The notes: generated by a model from the letters alone, not told the origin. A DNA stretch of 64,000 nt from Dictyostelium discoideum (GCA_000004695.1 CM000154.2:4576001-4640000), one strand, 5' to 3'; counted from the stretch's first letter, positions 1 to 19,607 are shown. Translations and numbers: made by a program.

Positions 1-101
1 TTTAAAGTAGTTATATCCTAAAACAATAACTAAAGACCTTGATATTGATTTTCTTTATTATTCTATTTAAAATTGGGAAAATTAATTTTTATTTTAAATC
101 T

Positions 102-133
<32 letters not shown>

Positions 134-699
134 ATTTGCGCTAAATTATTAACAAAAATTAAAATATTTTTTTTTTTTTTTTTTTTTCCTTAAATTAAAC
201 CCCAAAAAAAAAGATACAAAAACTATTCATATTAAATTTACTTTTAAGAAAAAAAAAAAAAAAATAATAATATTAAAATTTTAAAAATTACATTATATCA
301 CCACTATAAAAAAAATGAAAAATAGTACCACAGAATATTAAACTAAAGATATTAAAAAAAAAAAAAAAAATTAAAAAAAAAAAAAATTAAAAAATTAAAA
401 AAAAATTAAAAAAATTTAAAATTTTTTTTTTTTTTAATTCTATTATTAAAAATCAAAGAATTCTGATTTTCTTTATTTTTTTTTCTTTTTTTTTTTTTCT
501 TTTTTTTTTTTATTTTTTTTTTTAATTTTTGTAAGATTTATTTTAATTGAAATAAAAAAAAAAAAAACTATTTAAACTTTGAACACAAAAAAAAAATTTT
601 AAATTCTATTTTTATTTTTATTATTTTTTTTTTTTTATTTCTTAAATTAATCTTTTTTTTTTTTTATTTTATTTTTTTATTTTTATTTTTTTTCAAAAA

Positions 700-1548
700 A
701 TGGTTTCAGTTTGTCAAGTTGAAAGAAATGATGTTGAAAATTTAAATAAAGAATTATTTTACTCATACATTAAATCAAATAAACCAGTTGTATTTGAAAA
801 GTATAGATCTCAAGCAATTGAAAAATGGACACCAGATTATTTATTGTCAATAATTGGTGATCGTGAGGTACATGTTAATATGTGTACATTTGGTTCAATG
901 TCTGATATTGTACCAATGAAATTTTCAGAATATTTAAACAAAACTTTAAAAAATGAATTTCCAATAAATGATTCAAATGGTAAGTTTTAAATACTCACTC
1001 CATTCACTAATTTATTTATCACATACATATGACACTAACATAAAAAAAAAAAAAAAAAAAAAAAAATAGGTGAAAGAATTAAAAAAATTAATAAACCATA
1101 TTTACGTAATTTTGGTATGTTGGATGAATTTCCAATTTTAAAAGAAGATGTTAAAAATAATGAAAGTATTTTTAATAAAGATGTTCACAACATGGTTGTT
1201 ATGGGTTCATTTATTGGTTGTAAAGATAGTGCAACCAATTTCCATAAAGATACAGGTGAGAATTTAGTATCTGTTATTCATGGTAAAAAATTCATTGTTT
1301 TAATTGCACCATCTGATGAAACTAATATTAAATCAAAATTAAGTCATGATATTGAAGTTCAATTCGATTCAAATGATTTCGGTTCACCAATTGAATTACA
1401 TCCAGCTTTTTCTGATTGTTCAAAAATTTATACAACAATCTTAACTCAAGGTCAATCTTTATTCATTCCAGTCGGTTGGATTCACTATGTTCATAATATT
1501 GATACAACCATTTCTGTTTCATGTTGGGGTAAAGAAATGATTATGTAA
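700..1548 (+). CDS. JmjC/cupin-domain protein, 2 exons: join(700..979,1070..1548). Intron GTAAGT...TAG, phase 1.
   Basis: The two ORFs share a frame once the intron is removed. Exon 2 carries the JmjC Fe-binding motifs: FHKDTGENLVSVIHGKKF (HxD...) and a later GWIHYVHNID His. ATG at 700 follows a long AT-rich tract. Confidence 0.65.
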
Positions 1549-1726
1549 AAATAATAAATAATAATAATAATAAAAAAAAAAAAGAATAATTTTTATTCTT
1601 GCCCGCTATTTATTTTAAAAAATAATTAAATAAATTTATTTAATAAAATTATTTTATTTTTTTAAAATTTATCACACATATAATATTTTAAACTACAATT
1701 TTTTATTTTTTTTTTAGAAATTAAAT

Positions 1727-2260
1727 TTAATTTTTTACATTTAATAAATTATGACCATTTTTATCAACTTTTTGCATCATCATCATAACATTACCCTGAG
1801 CATGTTTTTCTTTATCGTGTAATATAAGATTATGAGCTTCTGGGGTATCATTAAAGTTTATATGGATTTTACAACTACCAATAAAATCATCCATAACAAG
1901 ATCATCATCCCAAAGTTCCACAATGATATTGTTTGCTTTTAAAGGAATTTTATACATTTCAGAGAATTGGAAATTTGGGTTCAATGTTTTTTTACATACA
2001 TTGGTTTTGAATAATAATTTCTTTGATTCTTCTCCATCTTTTTTCTCTTTTAATAAATATACTAAAACTTTTGGATCTGCCAATCCATTTGAATCCCATG
2101 CTTTAAATACTTCACCTCTTAGAATTGTGAATCTAATAATTTTAAAATCACTTTCTTTTTTTTCACCAGTTTTCTTTTGATTATTGGTATGATTATTACC
2201 TTAAAATTATAATAAAAAAAAAATTATAAATTTAATTAAATTGTGCAAATATAAAAGTAA

Positions 2261-2305
<45 letters not shown>

Positions 2306-2383
2306 ATTTAAAAATATCTTAATTTAATTACCTGTATAATTTCCAGCAATTTCATAAAAAATATTAGAAGTTACGTTTGACAT
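1727..2383 (-). CDS. C2-domain protein, 2 exons: complement(join(1727..2199,2332..2383)).
   Basis: Exon 1 (ATG at 2383..2381) encodes MSNVTSNIFYEIAGNYT, then a GTAATT donor. The acceptor AG sits at 2201..2200. Exon 2 joins in phase 1 and encodes a C2 fold (FTILRGEVFKAWDSNGLADPKVLVYL...IVELWDDDLVMDDFIGSCKI). The ORF track's leading 'M' is an alternative-start artefact (TTG). Confidence 0.6.
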
Positions 2384-2735
2384 TGTTTTTTATTTATTTA
2401 TTTAATTAATAAAATAAAATTAATTAAAAAAAAAAAAAAAAATAAATGGCTTTTTTTTTTTTTTTTTTTGAGTGTTTTCTCACCAAACCAATCACAAATT
2501 CAAAGTTTTTTTTTCCCCTACACAAACTTATCGAAAAAAAAAAAAATGTCGCCATTTTAGATTTTTATTTCGTGATTACAAACTTATCAAAACAATAAAA
2601 AATAATAAAATAAAAAATAAATAAAAAAATAAATAAAAAAAAATAAATAAAAAAAATAAAATAAAAATAAAAAAAAAAAATCAATTCCCAGACCATGTCT
2701 AATTTTTAATTAATTTATTTATTTAATTATTTTTT

Positions 2736-8404
<5,669 letters not shown>

Positions 8405-8611
8405 TTTAGTATCATATATAAATATTTGAACTAAATTATTATTATTGTTTTTTTTTATTTATTTTCTATTTTTTAATTTTTATTTAATTGCTGTATTTAT
8501 ATATATTCACATACATAAAAAAGAAAGAAAGAAAAAAAAAAAAAAAATAAAAAATAATAAATAAAAATGAAAAAAAAATAAAAAAAAAAAAAATGAATTT
8601 TAAAAAAAAAA

Positions 8612-8647
<36 letters not shown>

Positions 8648-8922
8648 AATAAAATTTAAAAAAACAAAAAAAAAAATAAATTTCTTAAGATAAATCTCAA
8701 ATTTATTACTTGAAGTTTTATTTTTTTTTTTTTTTTTTTTTTTTTTATTTAACACTTTTTTTTTTTATTTAAAAAAATTCTTTGGATTAATTAATTAATT
8801 ATCTTTGAATTTGTAAAATTGAATTTTGATTTTTTTTTACAAATTTTAAAATGTAATAAATTTCTGTAACGTTATTCAATAAATTTAATGATTCTTAACC
8901 TTTTCTTAAACAATAATATCAT

Positions 8923-9534
8923 AATCTAAATCATTTGCAATTTTTTTAATTGAATCAATATTTGCAAAATTACAAGTACCCAATAATAATGAACCATCTG
9001 GAGTTAAGAAATCTTTTGATTCTTCAACATAACGTCTTAATAAAACATAACCATTAAGTGTTTTCTCTTATTGTAATTCATTAATAATTGAATTTTTAAA
9101 TTGTTGCATGGATGATTCCAAAAAATGAATTTAAATTTATTACAATTTGGTTTGTGTTGTTGTTGTTCCAATAAAGTATTATATAAATCACTTTTATGAA
9201 TACCACCAAATGGAATTTCATTATTGTTGTTTTTAAAATTTGGAAATGTAATATTAACAGCATTTGGATTAATATCAACACCGGTTACAGTTGCTTTTGC
9301 AAATTTTGAAACTGATAAAGAGATTAAACCAGAGCCAACGCCAACCTATAAGAAACAATCACCACTTTGCACTATTGTTTCTGATAATTGTTTGGCAAAC
9401 CATTTGTTTTCTGGGAAATGCAATGGACTAAAAACATTTGGATGTAGTGTTATATTTAATTCACCAATTGATGTTTTTTCACTTCCATCATTTTTAATTT
9501 TATACATTAATTCAAATAATCTTTTTTGTTCCAT
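8923..9534 (-). pseudogene. HemK2/N6AMT1-like SAM-dependent methyltransferase, apparently disabled by an in-frame TAG and a -1 frameshift.
   Basis: N-terminal part (..NVFSPLHFPENKWFAKQLSETIVQSGDCFL) stops at TAG. Motif I (VGVGSGLISLSV) and post-I (VTGVDINPNAV) follow immediately in the same frame. The NPPY-like motif reads FWNHPC. The C-terminal homology block (NGYVLLRRYVEESKDFLTPDGSLLLGT, like HemK2 GRNGREVMDRFFPLVPDLLSPRGLFYLVT) is in another frame. Stop at 8925..8923. Confidence 0.5.
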
Positions 9535-9586
9535 TTGCCAGATATCTTTTTTCTATTTTTGATATTTCATAAAATTCTATTTGTTG

Positions 9587-9636
<50 letters not shown>

Positions 9637-10393
9637 AATTATTATATAAAGTTTATAATATTTATTATTTTATTATTTATTTATATGTATATATGTTTAA
9701 AAATATATATTTTATTTTATTTATATTATTAAAAATGAAATAAAAAAAAATAAAAAAAAATAAAATTTTATTAATAAAAAAAAATTGTGACCTCTTTTAA
9801 ATAATGTCATCCAAAAAAAAAAAAAAAAAAAAAAATTCATTAAACAATTATATCAAAATCATTTCAATAGTACAATAATAATTATAAAAAATAAAAATAG
9901 CACCCTCCCTCTAATTCTAAAAATACTTTTAATTATTTTATTATTAAAGGGAATAAAATGTTTTATTTATTTTTTTTTTTTTAATTTTTTTTTTTTAGGT
10001 TCACTACAAATGTAGAAAATATACAACAAAAAATTAAAAAATAATTTAAAGTGTATTAAATTAAACAAATTGATCAAAACAAAAAAAAAATTTTGACAAA
10101 AACCTGTTTAAAAAAAAAAAAAAATTAAATTAATTTTAAATAATTTCTTTATTAAATTAATTTTGATTTAATAAATGTTTATAAAAATTTTTTTTTTTTT
10201 TTTTTTTTTTTTGTTTTGACACAAATTTAAATGACAATAATTAGAATTTTTTTTTATTATTATTATTATTTATTTTTTTTTTTAATATTCTGTTTAAACA
10301 AAAAAAAAAAAAAATTTTTTTTTTAAGTAGTTACTATTTATTATATATAAATAAAAATAAGAAATTGGAAAAAAAAAATAAAAAAAAAAAACT

Positions 10394-10574
10394 ATGGTTT
10401 TAATAACATTTGATGCAAATAATTATATTCCATTATATAAGAACCCAATGGCTTTATATCTAAAGAATTATACATATCCACCAACTCATGCAAATTTCAA
10501 CTCAAAGATATTTTGTGAAAATTCATTTTTAACTTTAATCAAACATTCATTTTATGTAATTTCAATTTTAATTC

Positions 10575-10613
<39 letters not shown>

Positions 10614-10725
10614 TAATATTATTTTGTTTTAATTATTAGAAGAAATCAGATAAAAAAGAAGCAAGTTTAGAATTACAAAAAGACTATTTAAAAAGATATC
10701 GTTTATTAATTGGGGTAAATAATAT

Positions 10726-10778
<53 letters not shown>

Positions 10779-11049
10779 TTAATTGTATTATTATAAATAG
10801 GATAAAAAATATCAATTTAAAATAATGAATATTCCAGAAAATTTCCATCTTTCTTTGTTAATGTATTCACTATTATACAATGATTTAATTTTAATGGGGC
10901 TTGAATCTGAGGATGTTTTATTTGGTAATTATGATTTCTCAAATTATAAAAAAAATGCCAACGGACCACAATACATTAGTTTTGAATATCCAAAAATTGA
11001 AAAAAAAAGACAACCTCAATCATCATCACAAATTACAAAATTTAAATAT

Positions 11050-11099
<50 letters not shown>

Positions 11100-11400
11100 T
11101 AATAAAAAATCATCACCACAATCATCATCATCATCTCAATCATCATCAAATTCAACATATACTAAAAAAAGAAAATATTGTATTGATGATAAACAAAATG
11201 AAAATTTAGAAAGTTTACAATCACCAAATAGTCCAGAGGAAACATTATTAATCAAATCGTTAGATAATGAATATTTAGATAAATGGTATACACCAGAAAT
11301 TTCAAATTATTATTCACCATTTGAAATTAAAAAAAAATTAAAACTTTCAAACAATACAAAATCAAAATCAAAATCAAAATCAAAATCAAAACCAAAATGA
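10394..11400 (+). CDS. Hypothetical Asn/Ser/Lys-rich protein, 3 exons: join(10394..10555,10640..10714,10801..11400).
   Basis: GTAATT and GTAAAT donors with poly-T...TAG acceptors join three in-frame segments (..HSFY|KKSDKKEASLELQKDYLKRYRLLIG|DKKYQFKIMNIPENF..). All phases are 0. The C-terminus is a (KS)n repeat. No recognisable domain. Confidence 0.55.
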
Positions 11401-11506
11401 AAATGAAAATGAAAATTAATAATAATAATAATAAAAATAATAAAGTAATTTTTAAAATCATAATTTTTTTTTTATTTTTTTTTTTTAATTTATTTATTTA
11501 TTTGTT

Positions 11507-13901
11507 TTATTTTTTTAAATGATTTGAAATTATATGATTAATTGTATTTGAATGTTTTAAAAGGTAATCTAAACTATTATTTGATAATTTCTTAGGTAAA
11601 ATATCAATAATTGATGCATATGAACCAAATTGTGCAAATTTATTAAACTCTTCTTCATCTAATACTTTACATGCTAAAATAAATAAAGTTTCACTAAATT
11701 TAAATAAACCAATCTTTGAATTTTTATTTATAGATTTTAAATGGTCACAACAATCCATTGAAAACTGAATTTCATTATTTATAACTACATTAAATCTTTT
11801 TAAAAATTCTGAACTTTGATCATCACTACCATCACCACTATAAATGTTTAATTTTGATTGAATAATATCTAATTGTTTAAAAAATAAATCAACTCTTCTA
11901 ATTTGTAAACAAAATTCTAAATCTGAATTTAATGGTTTAGCTAAATATTCATAATTACTACCTATTTCTTCACCAATATTATTTTGGATTTCTTGATTTT
12001 CTTCATTTTCTTCATTTTCTTCATTATCATCATCATCATCATCATCATTACCATTATCACCATAATTAATATTATTTTGTTTATATTGAAATGAATATGA
12101 ATGAGATAATTTTTCAATTAATTTTTCTAAAATATCATCAATTGATAAACCACTTGAAAATAAATAATTAAATGAAAATAATTTTGGATTCAAGTATGAT
12201 GAAATATCATAAAATTTACCATCCTCTGGTGAATAACAACCACTATGATAATATGACATTTGTTGATAATCAAAAATCGTTTGAATATATGGTAAATCAA
12301 TTAAATATTTAGTAATAATTGGTGAAATTGAAATTAAATAATAAAATGATCTATATAAAGTATCTTTTAATACAATTTGATGATGATGATGATGATTTTT
12401 TGAAGATGTTGTACTAATTAACTTATTAAAATATTTAATTGTTTCAATTGATACATTTTCAATTCTTAATAAAACATCGTATAGAGTATTAATGATATTT
12501 AAAATTGAATTAATGTATTGTGTTTTTGTGGTTGTGGTTGTTGAGTCATCTTGATTTTTATCAATTGAATTTAATAATTCAATGAAAATATTTAAACATT
12601 TCTCTAAATTATCAATTAAACCATCAGTTTGTTTCATTTGTAAAAGTGTAGGTGGCTTTTTATCATTATGTGATGCTTGAAACATTGGAAAACTAAAATA
12701 TAAATTGATTTTATTAAATAATAATTCCGTTGGTATTAAATTTAAAATGAATTTAATTTTATTTAAACAGACATTCTCTATTGAATTTTTAAAAATTTCT
12801 GAATATATTATTGTATTTTCAATTAAATAATTGAAATCAATAGTACCATTATCGTTTCCATTTATAACAATATCACTTGATTCACCATTTTCAATTAAAT
12901 TAAAAACATTTTCATAAAAAACTGACATTAATCGTGATGGTATATTTTTATAATTTATACTTTTTAAATAATTTGAAAGTGTTATTAATTGGTTAATTGT
13001 CAATGGTGTTTCGATACCATCAATTTTTGATAACCTTTCATCTAATCTTAATTTAAAATCATAATCTTTCCAAAGATAATCGGTTGAAGACATTTTAGTT
13101 TTTGTTAAAATATAATCAATTGTTTCAATATCACATTTATGAAATGCAACTATTAATGGATATTCATACTCTTGATCAGTATAAAAAAATGATTTTGAAA
13201 ATTGTAATGATGAATTTGAATTTTTGAATATCTCTCTTGCATAATCAACAACCTTATATGATGTATATCTAATTGAATGAATTGAACTAATATATGAAAT
13301 ATTATTTGAAAAGGGACCTGATTTCTCAGTTTGTACAATCCAATCAACCGTATCATTATCATGTATTAAAAATGCACCCAATGAGCTATAATTATTTATA
13401 TCCATTAATCTATCATTTCTTTTCAATGGAAATAAATTTTTAAAAACTTTATTATCTGCTGGAATTGACGAAATTGCTTTTTTATATAGATTTTCATCAT
13501 CATCATCATCATATTTTAATGAGTTTATAAATGTGTATATCTTTCTATTAATTTCTGAAGTTGAAAATAATACACTATCTACACCATCAAGTGATGTAAT
13601 AATTTTTATAAATTCATAAGTTGATTCTAAATCTTTATTAATCGGTTTTAAGTATGTGTAATATTGATGATTTGATTTATAAATGATTTGATTAACTCCA
13701 TATCTATCATATCTAACTTTATTTAAAATTATTTTAAAAATATTTGAATTAAATGTTGATAATGAATAATATAATGCATTTGATATTTTTTCAGTATCAG
13801 TCATTAACTGTTCAATTATTTTATCATATTTATTTAAATAACTAATATAATAATTCTCTTTTGAAAATAGTTTATGTAATTCTTCAACTTTATTAAAATT
13901 T

Positions 13902-13942
<41 letters not shown>

Positions 13943-14277
13943 GTTTTTGAATGAATAAATATATTCAACTGATTTTAATGCTAAATTTGATAATGATGAT
14001 GATAATGATGATGATGGTGGTGAATTATTTAATAAAATATTATCAATTTCTGAATTTAATCTTGTAAATGATGATTTTTTATAATTTAATAAATCTAAAA
14101 TTTGATTTAATTCTTTATCAAAATTATATCTAAATAAAAAGTTTAAATCAATTAAAATTGGTTCACCAGCAATTTTATTTTGATTTAAATTTAAATTTTT
14201 ATAATCTTCAATAAAACTTGTAAAATTATAAGAATACGTATAATCAATATTATATTCAATTAAAGTATAACTTGTAA

Positions 14278-14344
<67 letters not shown>

Positions 14345-14601
14345 TATTTGATGAAATTTAATTATAAAATTTAACATTTCTCTATAATATTCATTATTTT
14401 TAACAAAAATATTATTCATATAATTTTTAAAATCATATAATAAATTCATTCTTGATAAATCTGATAATCTATGATTAATTAATAATTTTGTAATTTCTGA
14501 AATTATTAATTCTCTATCATTTGAATCGTATTGAAATAATTTAAAGATACCACATAATCCAATATCTAAATATTCATTTGATTTAATTTCACATTTTAAT
14601 A
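11507..14601 (-). CDS. Large hypothetical Asn-rich protein; the 5' end is lost in the assembly gap.
   Basis: The 980-aa ORF continues in frame upstream of its listed start through 14450-14601 (..LKCEIKSNEYLDIGLCGIFKLFQYDSNDRELIISEITKLLINHRLSDLSRMNLLYDF) and runs straight into the N-run. It carries polyN and acidic tracts and no recognisable domain. Confidence 0.5.
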
Positions 14602-14701
14602 NNNNNNNNNNNNNNNNNNNNNNNNNNNNNNNNNNNNNNNNNNNNNNNNNNNNNNNNNNNNNNNNNNNNNNNNNNNNNNNNNNNNNNNNNNNNNNNNNNN
14701 N
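14602..14701. other. Assembly gap (100 N).
   Basis: Run of n characters. Confidence 1.
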
Positions 14702-14905
14702 AAAATAATTAAAAAAAAAAAAAAAAATATCTAAAAGTTGATTATTGTAAAATAAAAAGAAATCTAGATTGAAAATTTATTTTTAGAATTCCAATTTTAT
14801 TTTTTTTTTTTTTTTTTTTTTTTTTGAGAATTAATAAAACAGTGTGTGTTTTAAATTTTTTTTTTTTATATACAATTGAGTCACCTTTTTTTTTTTTTTT
14901 AATAA

Positions 14906-16292
14906 TTATGATATTAGTATTTTAAAAGACTTTTTTTCTCTTGACAAAAATCTACCAATTGTTGAGCCTAATGAAAAACCAATTCCTTTAAATAATTTTA
15001 ATCTTTTTTCTCTTTCTTCTTTTGTAAATACACTATTTGGATCATCTTTAAAAAATTCATCAACCTATTTTTTTTTTTATAAAGGTTTCTATTAATAAAT
15101 AAAAAAAAAATAAAAAAAAAAATTTCCCAAATAAATAAATAAATAAATAAATTTAAATTATAATTATAATTACTTTTTCATGATTTAAAATTGATTTAAA
15201 ATCAAATTTATCACATAAATGAGAATGATGATGATGATAATCTTGATTTGAATTTATTTTAGTTAAACAATAGAAAACGATTGGTGAAATATCAAAAAAT
15301 AATTTTGCAATGAATTTACTATATTCAGATTTATTTGAATGATTATGATTATTTTGATGATAAATTATAAATTCAATTGAAACCAGTACCCTAACCAACT
15401 CATTTTCCGAATTTATATATTTAAATATTTCATTCATTTCATCGAATGGTATTTTCTGATGAGTGTAATCTTTGAATCCCATAGATTGTAATTTTTCAAT
15501 TGTTAAATATTCTTTTAAATTATTAATATCATTTAATAATATAAAATTAATTAACTTCTTTCTATTATTAATATATTTTAAATCTGATAATGCATGAATT
15601 TTTTCAAATTCTTTATTTAAATCGTAATAGTAATCTCTATTATATGAAAATTTATTAAATATAATATCAATTAAATTTTCAATCTCTTGTATTTTTTTTT
15701 TATAATTATGGTGACTATTACTATATCTATAATTATTATTTTCACTATGACTACGACTATGATGATGATGATGATGGTGATGATGACCTCTACTACTACC
15801 ACTAGTACTATGACTATGGTGATGGTGATTAGTGATATCATTTGAATTTGAATTTGTAATTGTACTATTAGAACTATTATTAATGCCATCAGTGGTGTCA
15901 CAACTATTACATATACTATTACTATTATTACTATTATAATTATTATTATTATTATTATTATTAATATTATTATTAATATTATTTAATTGAGAAAGATTCT
16001 CATTTACACTTCCACCACCACCAATACTACCACTACCAGTGCAAGCATTATCACAGTCTTGATTTGTATTATTGTTGTTTGGATGGTTTAAACCATCATC
16101 ATTATTAAAAAGATTTAAATCTAATTTTGATAAATTTTCATTTACTTTTTTAAAATCAAAATTAAAGTAATCTTCTTCATTTTCTATAAAACTATTATTA
16201 CCACCATCAGATGATGAAATTGATAATGGTGGTAATTCATCATTTGAAAAAACTTTTTTCCAGTTTTCTTGGAAATTTATATTATTTGTCAT
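14906..16292 (-). CDS. Hypothetical His/Asn-rich protein, 2 exons: complement(join(14906..15064,15174..16292)).
   Basis: ATG at 16292. GTAATT donor after ..LNHEK (15173..15172) and acceptor AATAG (15066..15065). Exon 2 encodes VDEFFKDDPNSVFTKEEREKRLKLFKGIGFSLGSTIGRFLSREKKSFKILIS*. Contains H9 and polyN tracts. Confidence 0.5.
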
Positions 16293-16467
16293 TTTAATTA
16301 ATTAATTATTTTATTTTAAAAAAAAATAAAATAAAAAATAAAAAAAATAAAAAAAAAGTATATTAAAAAGATATTATTTTTAATAATTATTTGATTTTTA
16401 TTAATATATTTATATTTCTTAAAAAAAAGTTTTTTTATTTTTTAATGTTTAAATAAATTTTTCTAAA

Positions 16468-16501
<34 letters not shown>

Positions 16502-17056
16502 ATCGTGAAATTTATACTAATTCTACAAATATCAAAATGTTTTTTTTTTTTTTGTTTTTTTTTTTTTTCTTTATTTTTGTTTATTTTTTTTATTTTTTTT
16601 TATTTTTTGTTAATTGGGGTGGGTCTGTTGTTTATCAATTTTTAATCATTATAGCGCGATAATGAATTTTCGATTATTTGTTGGAAAAAAAAAAAAAAAG
16701 TAATGATTACGTTGAGGCATAACATTAACGTAAGATTGGTAAATTGGATTTGATTTTAAGATCTTGAGAATTGGACTGCAGGTGAATTGGAGATGAGTGA
16801 AAGTTGATATTTAAAAAAAAAAAAAAAAAAAGCAGTGTTGTGATATATATAAAAAAAAAAAAAAAAAAAAAAAAAAGGAAAAACAGTGTTGTGAGATGAT
16901 AAAAAAAAATAAAAAAAAAGAGTGTAAAGGAATCAAATCTATTAATTGTGTGTGTATGTATTTTTTCTATATTATATAATTGATATATTTGTTGAAAAGG
17001 AGTGTGATCTGATGTGTAGATCTATACATATATATGTGTTGTATATTAATGTATTA

Positions 17057-17599
17057 TTAATTAATAGTTCTAAATAAATTTACATATTGATAAGAGGTAT
17101 GAAGATCTGAATAACTTTTTGGTAAAGTTGGATAAGCACTAAAATCAAAACTTGTTTGAATTGGTTCAGGGAATGGACCTAAATTTCCATTAATGAATTC
17201 AGATAATAACTTTGTACAATTGAAAGGAGAGGTAACGGGTGTTGAGCAAGCTGTATATTCCACTTCTACCAGTATACCTCTAATCTCAGTTCTGAATACA
17301 ATAGGACCAACTCTAATAATGAAATCACCCAATTCATATTTGCTTATTAATGCTTCAGTGGTTTGCCTCTTTTTATAGGAATTGGTTTTCTCTAGAATTG
17401 ATACCATCTCTCTATCAGTTTCGACGATTGTATCCCTGCAAACTGTAAAACATTTCTTTGGCTTTTCATCATACAATAGTAAATGAAATTCTCTTGGTAT
17501 TAAATTTGATCCATCTGGTACTCTCTCTAAATATAATGAACAATTAATTGTACCTGTTGATACTTTTATTCCTCCTAAAAATTCTATCCTTTTTGTCAT
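17057..17599 (-). CDS. med20: Mediator complex subunit 20 (MED20/TRFP).
   Basis: [43 protein letters not shown] and C-terminal [10 protein letters not shown] align with human MED20 ([35 protein letters not shown]...QYMELFNKIR). The frame stays open 14 codons upstream of the ATG up to an AG, so an extra 5' exon is possible. Confidence 0.75.
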   Translation of the reverse strand: MTKRIEFLGGIKVSTGTINCSLYLERVPDGSNLIPREFHLLLYDEKPKKCFTVCRDTIVETDREMVSILEKTNSYKKRQTTEALISKYELGDFIIRVGPIVFRTEIRGILVEVEYTACSTPVTSPFNCTKLLSEFINGNLGPFPEPIQTSFDFSAYPTLPKSYSDLHTSYQYVNLFRTIN

Positions 17600-18694
17600 T
17601 TCTGGTAATTGACCTTTAAATGAGAATATACTTTTTTTTTTTTTTTAGTTTTGAATAAATAAATAAAAAAAAATAATAATTAAAAAACAAATAAAAACAA
17701 ATAAAAAATATATAATGATTTAAAATTTTAAAATTAATTAACTTTTTATTTTATTCTATTTTTTTTATTTTTTTAAGGAAATTTACCATTTATATCCCAT
17801 TTTTCTTAATTTATATTATTTTTTTTTTTTTTTTTTCTTATTTTAAATATAAGTGAATATGACTATAAATATATGTTTTATAAAAATAATTATGTTCAAA
17901 AAAAAAAAAAATAAAAAAAAAAAAAAAAAAAAAAAATTTAAAAATAAAAAAATAAAAAAAAAATTTAAAAAAAAAAAAAAAAAAATGTTTTTTTGGTGTG
18001 TTGAATCTTAATTAAAAATTAATATGCGGAGATAATGCCTAAATCAAAATCTCGTATGTTAATAAAAATTGGAATTTTGATTGATAGAGGAAAAAAAATT
18101 AAAAAAAAAAAAAAAAAAAAGGTTTTTTGTAAAAAACCATTCTATTAACTATGAATAGAGTAAAAAAATAATTTTATTTTATTTATTTATTAAATTTTAA
18201 AAAAAAAAAATTTTTTAAACCATATTAACTATTTGGGTTCGACAAAACCCAAACTTTTTCTTTTTTTTTTTTTTTTTTTTTCTTTTTTTTTTTAGGTTCC
18301 AGTTTTCGATTAAAAAAAAAAAAAAATTTTAATAATTTAATATATATATATTATTTTTTTTTTTTTTTTTCCATAAATAATATTATTTTAACATTATTTT
18401 TATAATACTCTCAGTTTAATAAAGCACACTTTTCAATCATTTTTAAAAAATAAAATTAAAAAAAATTAAAAAAAATAAAATAAAAAAAAAAAAATAAAAA
18501 ATAAAAAAAAAATTGGAAAAAAAAAAATTTTAAAAAAAAATTTTAAAATAAAATAAATTAAAATAAAAATAAAACAGTAAATAAAACAAATAGTAATAAT
18601 CAATATACAAAAAAATATAAAAAAAATCAAATATAAAACGTGGAAAAAAAAAAAAAAAATAAAATAATAATAAAATAAAATAAAAAAAAAGAAA

Positions 18695-18726
<32 letters not shown>

Positions 18727-19211
18727 AAAAAAAAAGGAAATTTTTTTTTTTTTTTTTTAAATTTTGGAAAAAAAAAAAAAAAAAAAAATTTTTTTTCATA
18801 AAAACCTTGAGGGTGGGGTTTTTGGGGGCCATATAAATAAATTTTTTAAAAAAAGGGGGGACCCGAAAATATCATAATCGCCCTTTTTATATATACCCAT
18901 ACCCCTACATTGATTCATACATACATCATACTTATACACATGCACACACATGCACCACATACACACATTGTTCACATACCGAAAAAAACAATAATAATAA
19001 AAAAAAAAAAAAAAATCAAATAAAATAAAAAAAAAAAAAAAAAAAAAAAAAAATCAATTCAAATTTGTTCGCTGTGAATCACATACAATAAATTTTTTTT
19101 TTTTTTTTTTAGGATACACAATACTAACCTCACTTCTTTTTTTCTAAAAATAATAATAAAATATTAAACGTTAAATAAAATAAAAACTACAATTATTACA
19201 ACACTTTACAG

Positions 19212-19567
19212 AGATGTTTTTAAAATTTTATTAATTGGTGATTCAGCAGTTGGAAAAACATCGTTATTATTAAGATTTGCAGTATGTATCTATTTTAAAG
19301 CATGAAAAAAATAAAAATAAAAATAAAAAAAATAAAATAAAATTCATGGTCAAATGGATTTAAAAAAAAAAAAAAAATATAAATATTAAATATCTTTTTT
19401 TTTTTTTAAAAAAAAAAAACTCAATTCATATATAGGATAACTCTTTTCAAGAGACTTCAGTAAATATGACTAGTGTCGATTATGTAAGTTTAGTTATCCA
19501 CTCTCAAATATTGTATTCTTCTTTCTTTCTCTCAAAAAAAAAAAAAAAATAAAAAAATAAAAAAATT

Positions 19568-19607
<40 letters not shown>

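Noticed and set aside
9224-9562. Plus-strand ORF of 112 aa overlapping the methyltransferase locus.
   Set aside because: It is antisense to a sequence with clear methyltransferase motif homology, and is low-complexity and hydrophobic.
16600-16900. Direct repeats of cagtgttgtga (16842, 16884) and a GC-richer tract between MED20 and the 16292 gene.
   Set aside because: Possibly regulatory, but too short and too few to call. Left out of the findings.
18220-18250. tRNA-like T-arm sequence (gggttcgacaaaaccc) and the hairpin ggttttttgtaaaaaacc at 18121.
   Set aside because: No acceptor stem, D-arm or anticodon arm can be built around it, so it is an isolated GC blip in an intergenic region.
18796-18990. 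GC-containing tract (gggtggggtttttgggggcc..., CA-rich cacacatgcaccacat...) upstream of the Rab1-like gene.
   Set aside because: No ORF, no RNA-gene structure and no repeat periodicity. It may be a promoter-proximal element, but nothing is demonstrable from sequence alone.
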